DNA of 64,000 nt from Antechinus flavipes. Its lineage: Eukaryota. The stretch lies in contig NC_067402.1 of NCBI RefSeq assembly GCF_016432865.1, positions 20,460,001-20,524,000 of the forward strand, written 5' to 3'. The translations under genes and the position numbers were made by a program. Each line of letters begins with the position of its first letter. Positions within the stretch are counted from its first letter, which is position 1. A model generated the notes under the pieces. That model did no database searches, was not told where the DNA came from, and worked only from the letters and a program-made list of their open reading frames with translations. Below are positions 9,721 through 24,100 of this stretch, piece after piece.

Positions 9721-12319
9721 CAATATTCCATAGCCTTAGACTCTAGGAAAGGGGAAGGAAGTGCCAGGGGTTCTTCCCTGGGGTTAAGTTTAGGCCATTT
9801 ACCTGTATCTACTTGTCCTTCATTCTTTGCCCTGGCTTGGGATCTTCCATCCTTGTTTTTCTGATTCTCTTTCACTTTGCATCAGTTCACTACATCTTCC
9901 CCAGTCTTTTCTGAATTATTTAGAACTGAATTATTTCTTGATATTCAGCAATATTTTATTCTATTCTTAAACTACAATGTATTGAGCTCTTTCTCCCTCT
10001 CCTCCCATGACTATGGGGCACCTGGGTAGGGGACACTTAGGAGAGCAAACGACTGTTTTCCCTGAAAATACAGCTCAGCATATTCTAATTTGGTTTTGCT
10101 TGTTGGGTGTTGATGGAAGAAGGTGTTGTTGCTGGCTTTGGAGATGAGAGTCTTATGTTACTTTGAATTTGGCATTTTAAAAAGTGAAATGATACATTTA
10201 ATTAGAAATTAAAAAGAAAAAACCTTTTAAATTAAAAAGATTTTTACTACTTACTAAATATTAACAAGATGCTATGAGCTTAGTAAGCTGAGATTGGTAT
10301 TTTTCCCTTTTTGTAAAAAAACCTTTAAAGACTCATTAGAATTTGATATACCACATTAGCCATAAAACCGATGATTAGAAACCTATACGTCTCTCCTCCT
10401 CTGTCCCCAAACAGAGCAGTTCCAAGATAGGTCTTGTTCAGCAGCAGTCGTGTGGGCTTTGGAGAAGGGCTCAGTTCTCCTGAAATTTCAGAGAATTTTA
10501 CTTCCTTGCCCAAATACCTGGGCAGGTGTGACTTCCTCGTTCTTACTGATCTTTTCTCTATTTTTCATATTTTTTTTCTTTATTTCTTTTTCAAAATGGT
10601 GCAAGATTTATTTTTTAGCTGTCAGGTTCAGGCCTGGTCCAGAATGAAAGGAAGTCCTGAGTGGGATGCTACAGCAAAAGCTGGGACTAAATGCTCTCGC
10701 AGACCCCTTCTGGCCCTCAGTGGATGATCTAAGTGAACCAGGAGAGAAGGCATGGGATGGTGGGAGGGTAAAAACTGGACAGGGGAGAATCAGAAACCCT
10801 TCTTGGCCTTGGACAGTGCTTTGGCCTGCTGAGACTTTCAGGGTGTAAGGCAGATTAAACCTGGGATCGCTCAACAAAGATAAAGGAGATTTTCTCACCT
10901 GGAGTTGCCTATAACTTACAATGAAGTCACAGTTTCCTTTCAAAAAAGTAAGCCCTGTAGATCCCAAGATGATAAAAAAGGAAACTGAGTCAGGGGGGGC
11001 CAAAAGTTCACCAGTCATTCTCAATGTTTCTCAAGGACAAATCTTTTATGGGAAGATTCCTTTAATTAGGTTATCTCAAAAGAGAATACTCCATATTCCA
11101 TAATTCCTCTGCCTTTGTAGTTCTGTCTACATCCCCTCAGGCACTGGATTGATTGGATCAATGGAAGCCTTCACTTGATAGTTTGGATAAACTGGTTAAT
11201 AAAATAAAACTAGGGATGTGGGGAGGGACTCTGGAGTAGGCCCTCTCAAAACCTCTGATTTGGAAAGATGGGTTTTGTTGAACCTTGTTGCTACTTTCTG
11301 TGTGGTTTCAAAGCCTTTGATGACAGTTGTAGACCCAGAAATTGGGGGTCAGGTCCCGTCTCCCCGGGAAGAGGAAGGGGACTCTGTTCAGAAAGTCCTG
11401 TAGCTCCAAGTGCCTTTGACCTTGTTTTGTATTTGAGTGGAGCCAGCAAGCGGGGAGGTCTTAGTCCTGATCCATTTCTGGGAGCTGTTGTCAGTCTTCC
11501 TTCCCCCCTGACTTTTCTGGGCCTTTCTCTTTCTGGTGAGACACTTGCCATGCCCTCTGCTAGTAGCTACGCTCTTTTAATGGCGTGTTAGAATTTATTG
11601 CTAACCAAGATAATTAATAAAATATATAACCGAGAGGATCTTGTGTCTAGCGCTCCGGCGACCATTTGCCTAGGATTTCCTGGCATGGTCCTGATTCGAA
11701 GACAAAGTGTACATTGAGGGAAGCTGTGGGAAAGGAGTATCATTTGTCAGGTCATTTGTCCCAATTTTTGGTTTGGAGAATATGGCCGCTGTCTCTCCAA
11801 CCTTACTGGTCTTTGTACTTCATTTTCTGGATTCTCTAAGCTAAGGATAAAGATTGGCTTTTGCGGGCTTTTGGAAAGCTGCAATTTTGCAATCAGTCAT
11901 TTTCTAGAGTAAACCATTTTTTAAAATGTTGATCACTCATCATCTGGTTTACAGAGAAAGATTATATCCATCAGTTCAGCACTGTCTGCTATATGCAAGG
12001 CTTGTAGGTAGCCTTGTAGGTAGAAAGATAAATGATGGGGTCAATATTCCCTTATCCAAAGATTTGAGTATTTAAAAAAAAAATTTTATTTATTCATTTT
12101 TGATTTGAATATTTAAAAAAGATTAGAATGGTTTTCTTTTGAATATCAAATCCTGAGGGGGTCATTTTAGAGGAGGATAATTCCTGTGGTGAAAGAGATA
12201 AGAATTAAAGGCTGCTTCTGGTAATTACCCAGTCTTCTTGGCCTAGAAGGAAATAATATTGTTTATAATAGCTAGTACTCATAACATAGTAAAAGGTTGT
12301 AAAGAGCTTTAAAAATGTT

Positions 12320-12465
12320 ATCACATTTGATCCTCACAACGACTTTGTGAGGATGGGGCTATAATCATCTCCATTTTACAAAGGAGGAAACTGAGGTAAA
12401 CAGAAGTCAAGTGACTTGCCCAGAATCACATAGCATGTGTGAGTCTAAGGCTGGATTTGAATGCA
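12320..12465 (-). mobile_element. MIR SINE
   Basis: catttgatcctcacaacgactttgtgagg...ccattttacaaaggaggaaactgaggtaaacagaagtcaagtgacttgcccagaatcacatagc. Confidence 0.85.
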
Positions 12466-15174
12466 GATCCACGGGGAAGGAGGACGCATACATGCGTAGG
12501 ATAGATGGTTCTGTTCATTTAAGCCAAACCCCTTAGTGGGTCAGCGATGGACCTCCAGCCAGGGATCCAAAGTTCAGAGGGAAACAGCGCTTTCTCCCTC
12601 CCACAGATTCTACTCTATATCTGACGTGCTGCTGGGGAGCCTGTTCCTTACTATGCCCCCACATCTGGGTGAGCGAGACATGTATGTTAGAGGGAATTTG
12701 TCCATCTGTCCCTCCCAGGGCTTCCACGTACTGGGGACAGATCTCGGTTGGTGAGTCATTATGGGTAGTATCAGACCTGTTTTACATTAGAGAAGGCTGA
12801 GATCCAGGTAAACATGACTTCCTTGGCTCCCAGCCACAACACTTCCCTTCAAGCCCATTCTCTGTCCGTTGAACATCACACTATTAGCTGCTTTCCATAA
12901 TATATGGATATTTCTGGCTACAGTCATTCTAGCGAACACTAGATTTTTTTTTTTTTTTTTTGGCTGTGTCTTAAATCAGTCTCGATTTTTGTACTTCCCA
13001 CAAAACCGTTGCCTGGAATTCGGGTGGAAAGAAGTGGTTTTCTGGTAACTCCCCTAAATGGTCTTTCTTGGCTGGCTGGACTGGTTATTTGGAGGCCTCG
13101 GGTGCCTGAGATTTGTGTAGTCCGCCATGGAGAAGGCACCTGTAGGTGGTGGAAAGATCCCTAGGCTAGTGAGGAATCGGGAGATGTGAGATGTGGCCAG
13201 ACCCTGTTCCGTACCGGCAGCTGGCTCACTTTAGGGCAGTGATTGGCTTCTGGTCCTCGGGCCTTCATTTTCTCCATCTGTAACATGAGGAGTGCTGAAC
13301 AGCTGGTCTCGAAAGTTCTGTTATCCTAAGCACGCGTGCATCTGTCTGGGGGCCGAAGCATCCGGCACAACGGTGGGCTTCCACCCCACGGGGCTGGGTG
13401 ACAAAATTACCGTCCCGTGGTAATCTGAAGGATTTTTCTAAAATCGGAGCCGGGGTCCTTGTATATTCCCGTTCTCGCTGGCTCTGCTCTTTACTCTCTG
13501 TGACTGTGGGAGGCTTCTCGGGCCTCAGTTTTTGTGTTTGTAAAATGCCGATAACCTTGTAACCTTGCAGCTCCAGACCAGTGATTTCGGGCAAGGCAGC
13601 GAGCATTTAGTGAGTGCTTCCCCTGTGCTAGGTTGTGCAGAGATGGGACTTGTCTTTAAGCGGGGGGATGGAAAATTGGGGGATACCCCAAAGCTCCTTC
13701 GGTCAATGAGTAGCACCTGCAGAAAGTGTGTCCCTTAGTGGGCGGTTGCTTCTAGGGTGCTGGAGGCCTGCTGGTCAGAGAATGACGTTGTCCAAAGATC
13801 TGTGTGATTCTGGAAAATGGGGGATTGTGGGGAAGGTGCTGGATGGACCCCGGGGTCCCAAACCAGGGACTCGGATTGTAGCTAAGTGTCTAACTTAGCT
13901 AGTTGTGTGGTCCTGGAAAAGTCACTTCTGGAAATGGGGACAGGGATGGGAGGGTGCTGGGGAGGAAAGCCCTTTGTAAACCTTAAAAGCCCTGAAGAAA
14001 CGTGAGCCATCCTTGGGAAGATAGAGCTCGGGACCTGGCCTTGGAATTTAGAAGGCAGGCCTTTGTGTGGGGCGGAGGAGAGAAGAAAGACGGACTCTTT
14101 GCCGGCCTTGACTCGGCTCGCGTTTCAGAGATGGCATCTGAAGGTTGCTGTGATCACTGGATCCCAGAGCCGGAGCTGGAAGGGCCCTCAGAAGCCATCC
14201 CGGCTGACCTTTTAATTGTTACTCTTGAGGAAACGGGGCCAAAGGACTTGGGAAGCAGATGCAGGACCTTGGATTTCAGGGTACCACAGTGTACTTGAAA
14301 ATGGCTCCGGCCTAAACCTAGCAACCTGGAGATGTGGGGATTGGGGCCAGGGATGTTTCCCTTATTGTTCCCTTCCCTCTCTTCTCCCTCCTCCTTTTCC
14401 CCTAAATGTTATTTAAAATGCACACACTTGATTTTATTATACGCTTATGACAGAATTTCTCTAGAACCAAATTTTCCTTCAGGAGGAGGATTAATTAGGG
14501 ATTTCAAATAAAAGTGACTGAGGGTTGGGGGGTTGATGGGAGATGAGGGAGGCTGTTTCTGCCAGGCGGGTAAGGGAGAAATCTACCTGGAGTTAGAAAG
14601 GGGAGCTCCCCTTGGAGTAAGGAAATAAATCCTCCCAGAAAGGTGTGAGAAAGCATCTGCCAATGTGGCCGATTATAGCTAATCAATCGGAGCTGGATTT
14701 ATTTCTGGGTAGAAAGCGGCTTGCTGGGATTTGGGAACGTGCCCTAACGCCACAGAAAAGTGGGGTCCGGCCCTACCAGGCCCGGGCCCCAGGCAGCGTA
14801 TTGAGGAATAGCTTTTGTTTTTATTGTGGCAAAGACCGGACAGTGAACAGGGTGCCCATTAATCAGACATTGGCCTAACAGGTTATGGCATGTGAGTATG
14901 ATGGAGTGCCTTTGTTTTAAAAGAAATGGCTCCAAAGAAACTTGGCGGGACTTCTGTCACCTGATGCAGAGTGAGCTGAGTGGACTGGACAGAACCAGAA
15001 CGGTTTCTGTTCAACGACAGCCCCTTTGAAGGAGATAAGATCAGTGACTGGAGGAGACTCTAGAAGAGCCTTGATACCCCTCACGTGATAGGAAGTGGTG
15101 GTCTTGGGATGCTGAATGAGATGGACGTTTTGGAACATGGCCATTAATGTAGAAATCGGTTTTGATTCTGCATA

Positions 15175-15455
15175 TTTTTAAAAAATCATTTATTTTTATC
15201 AGAGTTTTTATATACGTGGATAATTTTCAACATTGACTCCTACAAAATCTAGATGTCCCTTTCCCTCAATCCCTCTCCTAGACCACAAGTACCCCAATAT
15301 ATGTTAAAGATGCAAAGTTGAATTCTTTTTAATGCACACTGCTTTATGAATTATTTTGGGAGAGAAAAATCAGAACAAAGGAAAAACCTTGGGAGAGAAA
15401 ATAACAAAAAAAGTGAACGTAGCCTGTTCACTTCATTCAGTCTCCATTTCTGCAT
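15175..15455 (-). mobile_element. LINE-1 3' end fragment (marsupial type)
   Basis: tttttatatacgtggataattttcaacattgac...gggagagaaaaatcagaacaaaggaaaaaccttgggagagaaa...cattcagtctccat resembles the reverse complement of a marsupial L1 3' UTR. Confidence 0.75.
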
Positions 15456-18309
15456 ATTTGCTACAAGGTTTTATTTTTTGTTTTTAATGGTGGAGAGCTG
15501 GGACAGAGAATCCACGCTTGTTGGAGAAGGAAATTGCTGCGAGTGGGGCTTGACTACAGCCCCGGAGTGGGAAGCAAGCAGATGGGCTAATTTGGGCAGT
15601 AAGACACTGGATTGAGTTTTGTGATCTCCTTCCTCACAGGTGAAATGAGAAGCTTTTCCCACATGCTTTTCAGTTTTGCCAGAAGAAATTCTTATGTAGG
15701 GTCTAGGGACCTGGCAGATAAAGTTTGTTGAGACTGTGGGGTGAATAAAACAAACTGCTCACCTTTTTCCGAGTCCTTGAGGTTGGCAACTGGTTTTTAT
15801 TTTTTTCCCCCATCTCCGTGTCATCAGTTATGCAGGTAACTATATCTCTATTTTATAGATGAGGGAAACTGAGGCACACAGTCATGATTTGCATTATTTA
15901 ACCTCACAGAGTTAGCCGGGTGTTAGAAATAGGGATTAGCTCCCGGTGCCATGTTCTTTCTGCAACACTGAAATGGGCACGTTTACAGAATGGGTATCTT
16001 TCTAGGAAAGTAGTGTCTGAGAGCACGTAGGGTGTTTGATTTGGCTCCACTGGCTTGTTTTGTGCATGTCTTTCAGCGAAGTTAGGTCGCACTGGTAGAC
16101 ACGTGGGAGGTAGCATTGCTTTCAGGTGTACTGACCACAGTGGCTCATACTTAACATGTGCAAACTGCGGGCAGGGTAATGAGTAAATAGACTTCTGACT
16201 CTTTGAAATCTCACACACTGAATGTGGCCTTTGCCCCAGCCATATCTCCCTGGCAGGTCTGTATCCCCAAGAGATCCAAGAAAGAAGGCAGATCCCACGT
16301 GTAGGTTCTTTACATGATGGCAAAAACTGGAAGCTGAGGATGCCCCTGGAGCAGAGCTCTTTAAGTTCTGGTCTCTGTATGTGATGGGGTCCATTTGGGA
16401 CACAAGAAATGAAATCATCAAGGCCAAAAAGATATGGAAAAAATTGTAGGAGCTGATGCCGAGGGAATTAAGCAGATCCAGAACACTGGTGCTGTTAGAT
16501 CCCTGTTATCAAAACGGTCCAGAAATAGATGAAAAGTGAAATGAGTTAGACACAGGACAGCGGTTTATGCCGGCTCTGTGAAGGCAGGCAGCTTGGAACG
16601 CTTTCAGAACGGGGATCCAGGCGAAGGCCATTTGTGACTCCCCGGGAGCTGACGGTGATACGTGAGCTCCCTTCCAGGGAGAAGCGGTGACTTTTGGGAC
16701 AGAACGAGCCACGAATAGCCACTGAGGGAACTTCTTTTGCCTGGTGGTTCATATCTGTTAAAGCAATGTTTCTTTGTTCCTCCCCATTGGGGTTGGGTGG
16801 GAGGGAGAGAAAAATAGATTTCTCTTAATTAAAAAACAACAACAAAACGAGTGAGAGTGAGTGTGTGTGTGGTGTGGGAGAGGCATGAGCTTTGCTGACT
16901 GGGTTTATAAAAAAGCTCACATAAAGCCAGTACAGGGGGTATTGAGAATGGGTAACATTAAAAAAAAAAAAAATGTGTAACATAAAATGCATCAGGGGGC
17001 TTAAATTTTTTTTTTTTTTAAACAGCAACAAAAAGTACACAGACCCCCCTAAACTGAAAATTGCCTTTCTGTACAGGGATGACCCGTGATGGCCAACCTG
17101 TTCCTCACCTCGGCGGCCCGTTTTTCTCTTTGATCATCCACGTCTGGCGTGTGTGTAATCTTTTTAGACTCTGAGGCAACACGCATAGATTGTTTGTGTT
17201 CTGTGTTCTTCATATAGCATGACAGGTCAAAGGTTTCCAGTGCAGGGAAGTACAGCAGAGTGAGGAAAGGGCTGGGTTGTGCATAAGTCAGAAATTTTTT
17301 TCAGTCTCGGTTTTCTCATATGTGAAACGGGAACGATGCTCAAGACTGATCATCCAGAGAAACGTCTGTTCGATTTAGCCGTTTCTGAAGTTAATTACAT
17401 GATAAAGAACATCCTCACACCTAAGTATAATTTTAAACAGAAAGACTTCTAACATATACAAATTATTTGGAAGGTTATTCAGATTTACTTTACACTTATT
17501 AGTGAAGTGAGTTTTGTGCGATCAGTGTTTAATTTGAGCAAGATCGGACATGCATTCTGAGTCCTGAGGCCTGCGGGTGCCAGTTTTGTTCGACTCTCAG
17601 ACTGGGGGATATTAGATGCCCCTCTTCCTGCTTGACCATCTTGGTCACCCGTCTCTCCCCATTCAGCTTATTTATCGGGTCACGTCGTCAGCGCCATCCT
17701 GGATGCATCAAAAGCATTCATTCTTTGGAAGATCGAGCTTAGAGCCATGGTCACAGACTCGGGCTTTTCACTAAGCATGGGCTGAGAAAAGTTGTCACAG
17801 GGTTTAATAGGTGGGGGGGGGCGGGGAATGATAAGGGAACAAGCGCTTATTAAGTACCTACTGTATGCCAAGCTTGACACTTAGCTGACTTGATCCATGT
17901 GTAGTAGAAGAAGGTAGGTAGGTTAAATTTTAATAAAAAACCCTCTCTTCTTAATCTCTTCTCCTGTCAAGTCCCTGCAAGTCAGTACCTTAGCACTTGC
18001 TTTTTTCACAGTAGTTGAATCTGTAACTTCTGAACTTATTAAAGGATAAGACTTTGGGGGTATCCTGTATACAAAATGCTTCACTATATCGGGTCCCCTG
18101 AGAGCCTCACGGCAGACCAACGGGGGAGCTGCTACAGGTTGTGCCCCCGTTTGGTCAAAGAGAACAAGTGTTAGAGGTGTCAAGTGGGAGAAACATTGGA
18201 GAGACTGGTGCAGCTAGAATCAGAGGTGGCTTTTGAGTCTCATTTTAGTTGTGCGATCACTTTGTAAGCCCATTTGGGCTTTTCTTGGCAGAGAAATGGA
18301 GCAATTGGC

Positions 18310-18615
18310 CACTGCCTTCTCCAGCTCATTTTACAAATGAGGAAACTGAGGTAAACAAGGTTAAGTGATTTGCTCAGGCTCACACAATTAATGAGTGTTC
18401 GAGGCCACATCTGAACTCAGGAAGTTGAGTCTTTATGGATCCAGATTCAGCACTTTGTGCACTATGGAGGTCCTGGATTGAAATGATATTTCTCTGATAG
18501 ACAGATTATATAATCTATACAAGCCTTCCTGAGTCTCATTTTCTCCATCTGTAAAATGGGGATAATAATGGCATTTAGCTCCCAAGGCTACTGTGAGAGG
18601 CAAATTTACACACAC
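18310..18615. mobile_element. Two adjacent MIR fragments in opposite orientation
   Basis: ctcattttacaaatgaggaaactgaggtaaacaaggttaagtgatttgctcagg (minus), then ctcattttctccatctgtaaaatggggataataatgg (plus). Confidence 0.75.
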
Positions 18616-20319
18616 GCATACCCCTTAAAGGGCTATCTAAATATTACCTATTATTAGGTGACATTGCTTCTAAAGCATCATGGAAGTATTCCCCTAATCT
18701 TTTTTCTCTTCCTTGGTTAGTCACTTCCTGACATGGTTGTATCCTATTTTCCCTCTTATGCCTTTAGAGCCGGCCGTTCACGCCGAGTGTTGGCCATTTG
18801 GATGCCTTCTAGGCATCTGAAATTGCACATTAAAAAACCACCAAGCATTTCTCAGGTGCCTTTCCCTCCATACAAGTTTCATGAGTGGGGTTATCTTCTT
18901 AAAGGATATAGGATCCCTCTTCTCCTTCCTCTTGTGTAGCACCAGGCTCCCTAAAGAGCCTTTGAGGTTTGTTTGAACAAGAGGGACGAGTGGATCTGCT
19001 GTCCCCATGGAGGTCGTGGCCGGCTAGAAGGAGGAATCTGAGTGTCACGGCAACGTGTGCCTCTGATTTATCATGGGGTGGCCAGCCCCGTTTCAGGTGA
19101 ACTTGTGTAGGACTCCGGGCCCTTTAGTGGACATCTGCTCGTAGCCTGGCAGTATTCCTCTCTTGGAACAAAGCCGTGTTTGGCCGTTTGTTGTATTGGA
19201 TACAGTGATGGATACAGTGATTAATACAGTGACATCCAGCCACGTGCGAGAGAGGCAGGATGGCGTGCAGCAGAGACGACCTCGGGACCTTTGTACTCTG
19301 AGAAACTAATAAGGATCCTGCCCCCCTTCTCCCCCCCCCCCAGAACTTTTATTTTTCATTGTTTTGTTTCTTTATCGATAGTTAACTACCGGAGAAATGA
19401 AACCATTTCAGTTTTACAAAACTGGTTTTCGACTTTGGGAATACTCGGCGGTTCCCGGACCACTTCTGGCAATCAGCTGGTTTAGTGGATAGAGACCTGG
19501 GCTTGGAGCCAGCCAGACCTGGCCGGGACTTCGGCAGTTATTTAACTGCCTCGTGTCCTCTCCCTTTGTGGCCCGAAGCAGATTCAAACGGACAAAACGA
19601 GTAAAAACGCAACAGCGCCCAGAGAGTGTTCACGCGTGGGTTTGGAAGTCTGGTCCCGCTCCGAGGAACTTTGTCGCCCGGGCTTTAGGCTGCTCCGAGG
19701 CGCCTCACTTGCTGAAGGGCATCTCCTTACGGCATGTTTCCTGTGCCATTCCGATTCTAGAACCAATTTCAAACCAGGACTCAGGCAGGAGCTGGAACTT
19801 TCCTCATTTGAATTTCAGGTGGGTTGTGGGATAGATACTTATTATCTGCATTCTAACGATGAGGAAACTGAGTGTTCCAGTTGGCCAGGAACAAAACCTA
19901 CTGTTTCCCACTGATGTACCCTGGTCATTTGCAATGAAAATGTTGGCCAAGGAAAAGCTGATTCTCTGAAACCTGACTTGTCATTTAAAAGAACAAAAAA
20001 CGGACCTCTTGAGAAAAGCCTAAAAGATTTTTGCTCAGCATAGTGCCAGGCATACAGTAGGTGCTTAATAAAAGTTATATTGATTGATTGGCCCTCTGTA
20101 ATCTGTTGTGTTTTGTCTAGGAGTAGACCCAGTCCGTCTCGCCCTGCTACCCGCACATGTATCAAGGAAAGCATTTACTTCAGGTTGGGATGCCCATAAT
20201 CCGGGCCCATCAGGGGCAGTAAGTGCCGCTGGCTGATCTGAAGAGACCTTGTGGCTGGTTTCAGTGTCCAGTCAATCAGTCGCTGGAGTCCACCTTTAAA
20301 GCAGCAACTGGTGCCATGC

Positions 20320-20535
20320 TGGACAGAACAGGGTCGGGAGCACCCGAGTTCACATTGGACCACAGATACTTCCTTGTGATGTGAATCTTGGCAAGTCACT
20401 CGACTATAGTTTACCCCTTTCTTCTGCTACAAAATGGGGGTGATAATAGCATTTACTTGTGAAGATCAAATAAGATATTTGCAAAAAGCACATAGCACAA
20501 TGCCTAGCGCACAGTAGGGACTTAATAAATGCTTT
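20320..20535 (+). mobile_element. MIR SINE followed by an L2-type tail
   Basis: gtgaatcttggcaagtcact...ctacaaaatggggtgataatagc...gcacatagcacaatgcctagcgcacagtagggacttaataaatgc. Confidence 0.75.
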
Positions 20536-20559
20536 ATTTTTCCTTCTTGCTATTTTTCC

Positions 20560-21125
20560 TTCCTCCTTCCCCCTTTATCTCTCCTTCACCTGGCATTAAA
20601 GGCCTTTCATGATCTGGCTCCTTTTTATTTTTTCAGCCTAGTTTTCCATTGTTCCGCTTTATGTGCCCTGCATTGGGTCAGAGTGGGTTGCCATTTTGGC
20701 CCGGAATGAGCTGCCTCCTCCTTTAATGCTCTTCGGTTTATCTTGAATGTATCTTGGTTTCCTGTATTTATTTGAATGTTGTCTTCCCCATTAGATTGTG
20801 AGCTCCTGGTGGGAAGAGAAGGAGAGACAGAAAGGCAGAGAGAGACCCAGAGAAAGGCGGGGAACAGAGGGAGAAAAGAGAGACAGGGAAAGAGAGAGAC
20901 AGAAACGAGGGGAGAGACAGATTGGGACAAATGTATTTATTTGCATGTGTCTTCCCCATTAGATTGTGAGCTCCTGCTACTGGTGGGGGAGCCAGAGGGA
21001 AGAAAGAATGAGGAGCAGAGAAGAAGGGAGACAGATGGAGACAGGGAGAGAATGAATGGATGAGGGTGGAGGTTCTTAGAATAGCGGTGGCCACACAGTA
21101 GGGGCTTAATAATTGTTGATTGACA
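20560..21125 (+). mobile_element. L2 3' end interrupted by an internal duplication and GA-rich tracts
   Basis: L2-type tgtcttccccattagattgtgagctcct occurs twice; L2 tail ggccacacagtaggggcttaataattgttgattga at ~21090-21122. Confidence 0.65.
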
Positions 21126-24100
21126 CATGCTGCCTGTTCAAAAAAGATTTTCCTGATTTCTGTCATCTGCTTTTCTCTTCCTACAAAAGCCAAGAGGGCA
21201 TTTTCTTCAGCTTTTCCTGGGTCCTTTTCGTGACTCTCCTGGGCACCCATCATATCAGATCCCCTTATTTTTCTGTGTTCTTGAAGGCGGAGATTGTGTT
21301 TCATGTTTGACTCTGAATCCCTAGCGCCTGGTATAGAGGAGATGCTACTTAACTATTTGATGGTTGACATTGTATCTCAGCTCCTTAAAGGAAGCTTCTT
21401 GATTCTGGGAGCTTGGTTTTTAATCTAGATCCCCAGAACCTAAAGGAGAGCATAAAGTAGGTGCTTAATAAATGGAGGAGGAACTTTGGTCCGGGTCATT
21501 GTTGAGTGTGTGTTGAGTTGCTGAGCCCAGGCTGACCGTGTAGACAAGCCCTGAGAAATAGCACCGAAGATTGGAGACACAAATGGATTTATGAATTCTG
21601 ACAGGAAAGTGATATTTTGAGGAGAAACATTTGGAAGGACCAGACAGATGACTTCCTTGGTTTAATGGCTTGGATGGACTGTATGGAAAGGAGATGGAGC
21701 AAAGCATAGTGGGGGCGAGATCCCAGGGATTCCGGTGTCTCGTTTCCTATTGCCCCATTGGAAGAAAGGAGAAGGGGGGCTTGGAGGAGGCTTGTTTTGT
21801 TTAGTTGTTTTTCGATTGTGTCTGACTCTTCATGATGCCATTTGGAGGCAAAGACATGGGGGGGGGGGGTGTGTGGCCATTTCCTTCTCCAGATCATTTT
21901 GTCAATGAGGAAATGGAGGCATCTAGGGTGAAGTGACCCATCCAGGGTCTCCCAGGTAGGAAGTATCTGAGACTGGATTTTAACTCGGGAAGTTTTCTTG
22001 ACTCCAGGCCCAGAGCTCTGGTGCTATGGCTATTCAAGCTAATGTTTGATAAAGAAAAGCGTTTATTTTCTGGTATCCAGATTTAACCTGGCTCATTAAT
22101 GAGATATTTTTGAAATTTTAGAAATCTCTCTCTCTCTAAAGAGCTGTGAAATGGAATTTTTTGCTGGCAATGATTATTTTTAAGTGTGTGCATAATTCTA
22201 GTGTTATCATTAAGAGTGAGCTCTCCAGAAATTCTCTAGCTTCTTGAACATTCTAGACTCTCTATCTGTCAACCTTGGGCATCCCTGGTCCTCCCCCTCC
22301 CCCCCACTTCCATGCCTGTTGCATCCTTGGCCCTTCCTTTGTCTGCTTTTATATGTAATCCGTCCATTATTCGACTTCATCTAGGGCTAGGGTGAAGGCA
22401 AGAGAAGACATTCTTAGAGTGGCAAGAAGAGTCCTCCATTTGAGAGGATCAAATCAAGGTTTGAGTTCCAGTCCTGCCTCTTCACTTACTACCCAGGGAG
22501 ACCTCGGGCAAAATGACTTTGGGAGCCTCAGTTTCCCTTGTGTGTATATGGTACATATACTCTTTGATCAAGAAACACTACTCAATAGCTCAAGGACAGA
22601 CAGAGGGAAGGGGCTCAGATGTACAGAAATATTGAAGGCATCGCTTTAAGAATTGGAAATCACTTGGGTGGTGGCTTAGCTGAGAACTGTGGGAAATAAT
22701 GTCCTAAAGCGAGATTGCACAGTGAGACATGAGGAGGAGGACGGATTTTGGAGACCCCCTGGGGGTCCTGGGATGTACTGATGCAGCAGCAGGATGAGGA
22801 TGGAACCTATGACCACAGTCTCCCGAAGGAAAACAACTTGACAAGAGGCAGGATTCTCCGGAAGTCCGGCCTCCCGCCTCCGGGAGGAGAATGATGGGCT
22901 TTTGGGGGTAAAAGGAGAAATATCTTTTCTGATTTGACTCGATATGCCACAAATTTATTTGATTTGATTATTCTCTCCCCCTCCCCCTTTTTTCTCATAA
23001 AGATGTTTTAAAAATGAATAAAAGAGGAAATAAATATAATTTCTCCACATGCAGCTGAATCAGAGATAATCTCCAGAGAGAAGGTATGACCATTAAGGGG
23101 GCTTGGGGAAAGCTTCTGAGGTGAGCTGTTAGAGAAGTGTGCAAGGGAGCCAGGGAATCACAAGGGGAGATGAGGGAGGGAGGAGGACCACGTGAGGGAG
23201 AGGGCAGCCAGGGATGCCCGGTGTTGAGAGGAAGTGTGTCGAAGGAATGGACAAGAGGCTGGTGGATTTACCGAGAGCTTGATTTTATTTTTCAATATAT
23301 AAAAATGTGACGTGATTAAGCTTGTCACAAAAGAGGCTTTTATTTAGGGGCCAGGGGGGCCAGGGTAGGGTGGTGATGAGAAAAAACGGAAGCTGGTCCT
23401 TGAGACATTTAAACTGTACATGAAGGAGAAGAGCAGCGGGCCAAGAAATAGACGTTTTAGAAAGTTACTTGTAATAAAGGGTTTCAATTCTAATCTTCTT
23501 AAGAAATGGTCTTATTTGTGGCCGGAAATAGCCATACTGATTTCCTCTTGGCACTCGGTTCTGAAACTTTAACCAAAATGGTCTTTTAAAGCCATCAATC
23601 TGTGAGCCTGCGAGGTGGGGCTGACAGTGTGGGTAGTGGTTAGCGCAGCAGACCTGGAGACCAGATTAGGGTTCGGCCTCCTACGAGGAAGGAGCTGTGA
23701 CCTCGGCCTCGGTTCCCTCCTCTGCAGTCAGGGGTGGGCACGCCCTAGCTGTTCTTTGCTGAACAGTTTTAACTGGGCTGGGAGTGGGAGGGAGAGGTGG
23801 CGGTGGAGGATGCTCCAAGGTCAGCCTTCTGATAACACAGAGGGGAAGGGGAAGGAGGAGCTCACTCCTGCAGAGCCATCACCCCGGAAGCTGATGTTAC
23901 TCCCTTTCCCTCCCTTAGATGGAGGCCACACGAGGGTGGGGATGGGGGTGGGCCGGCCCTGGCAGGATGGCCGGGGCACCTTCAGGGGCACAGCTGTTGG
24001 AGTTAACGAGTGCCGGATTTATTTTTAGTTTTCTATGAAACTTATCTCCCAGAGAAAACCGGGAGCTGGACAGTGGCTTGGGAGGGGCCGGCCCGTGGCC

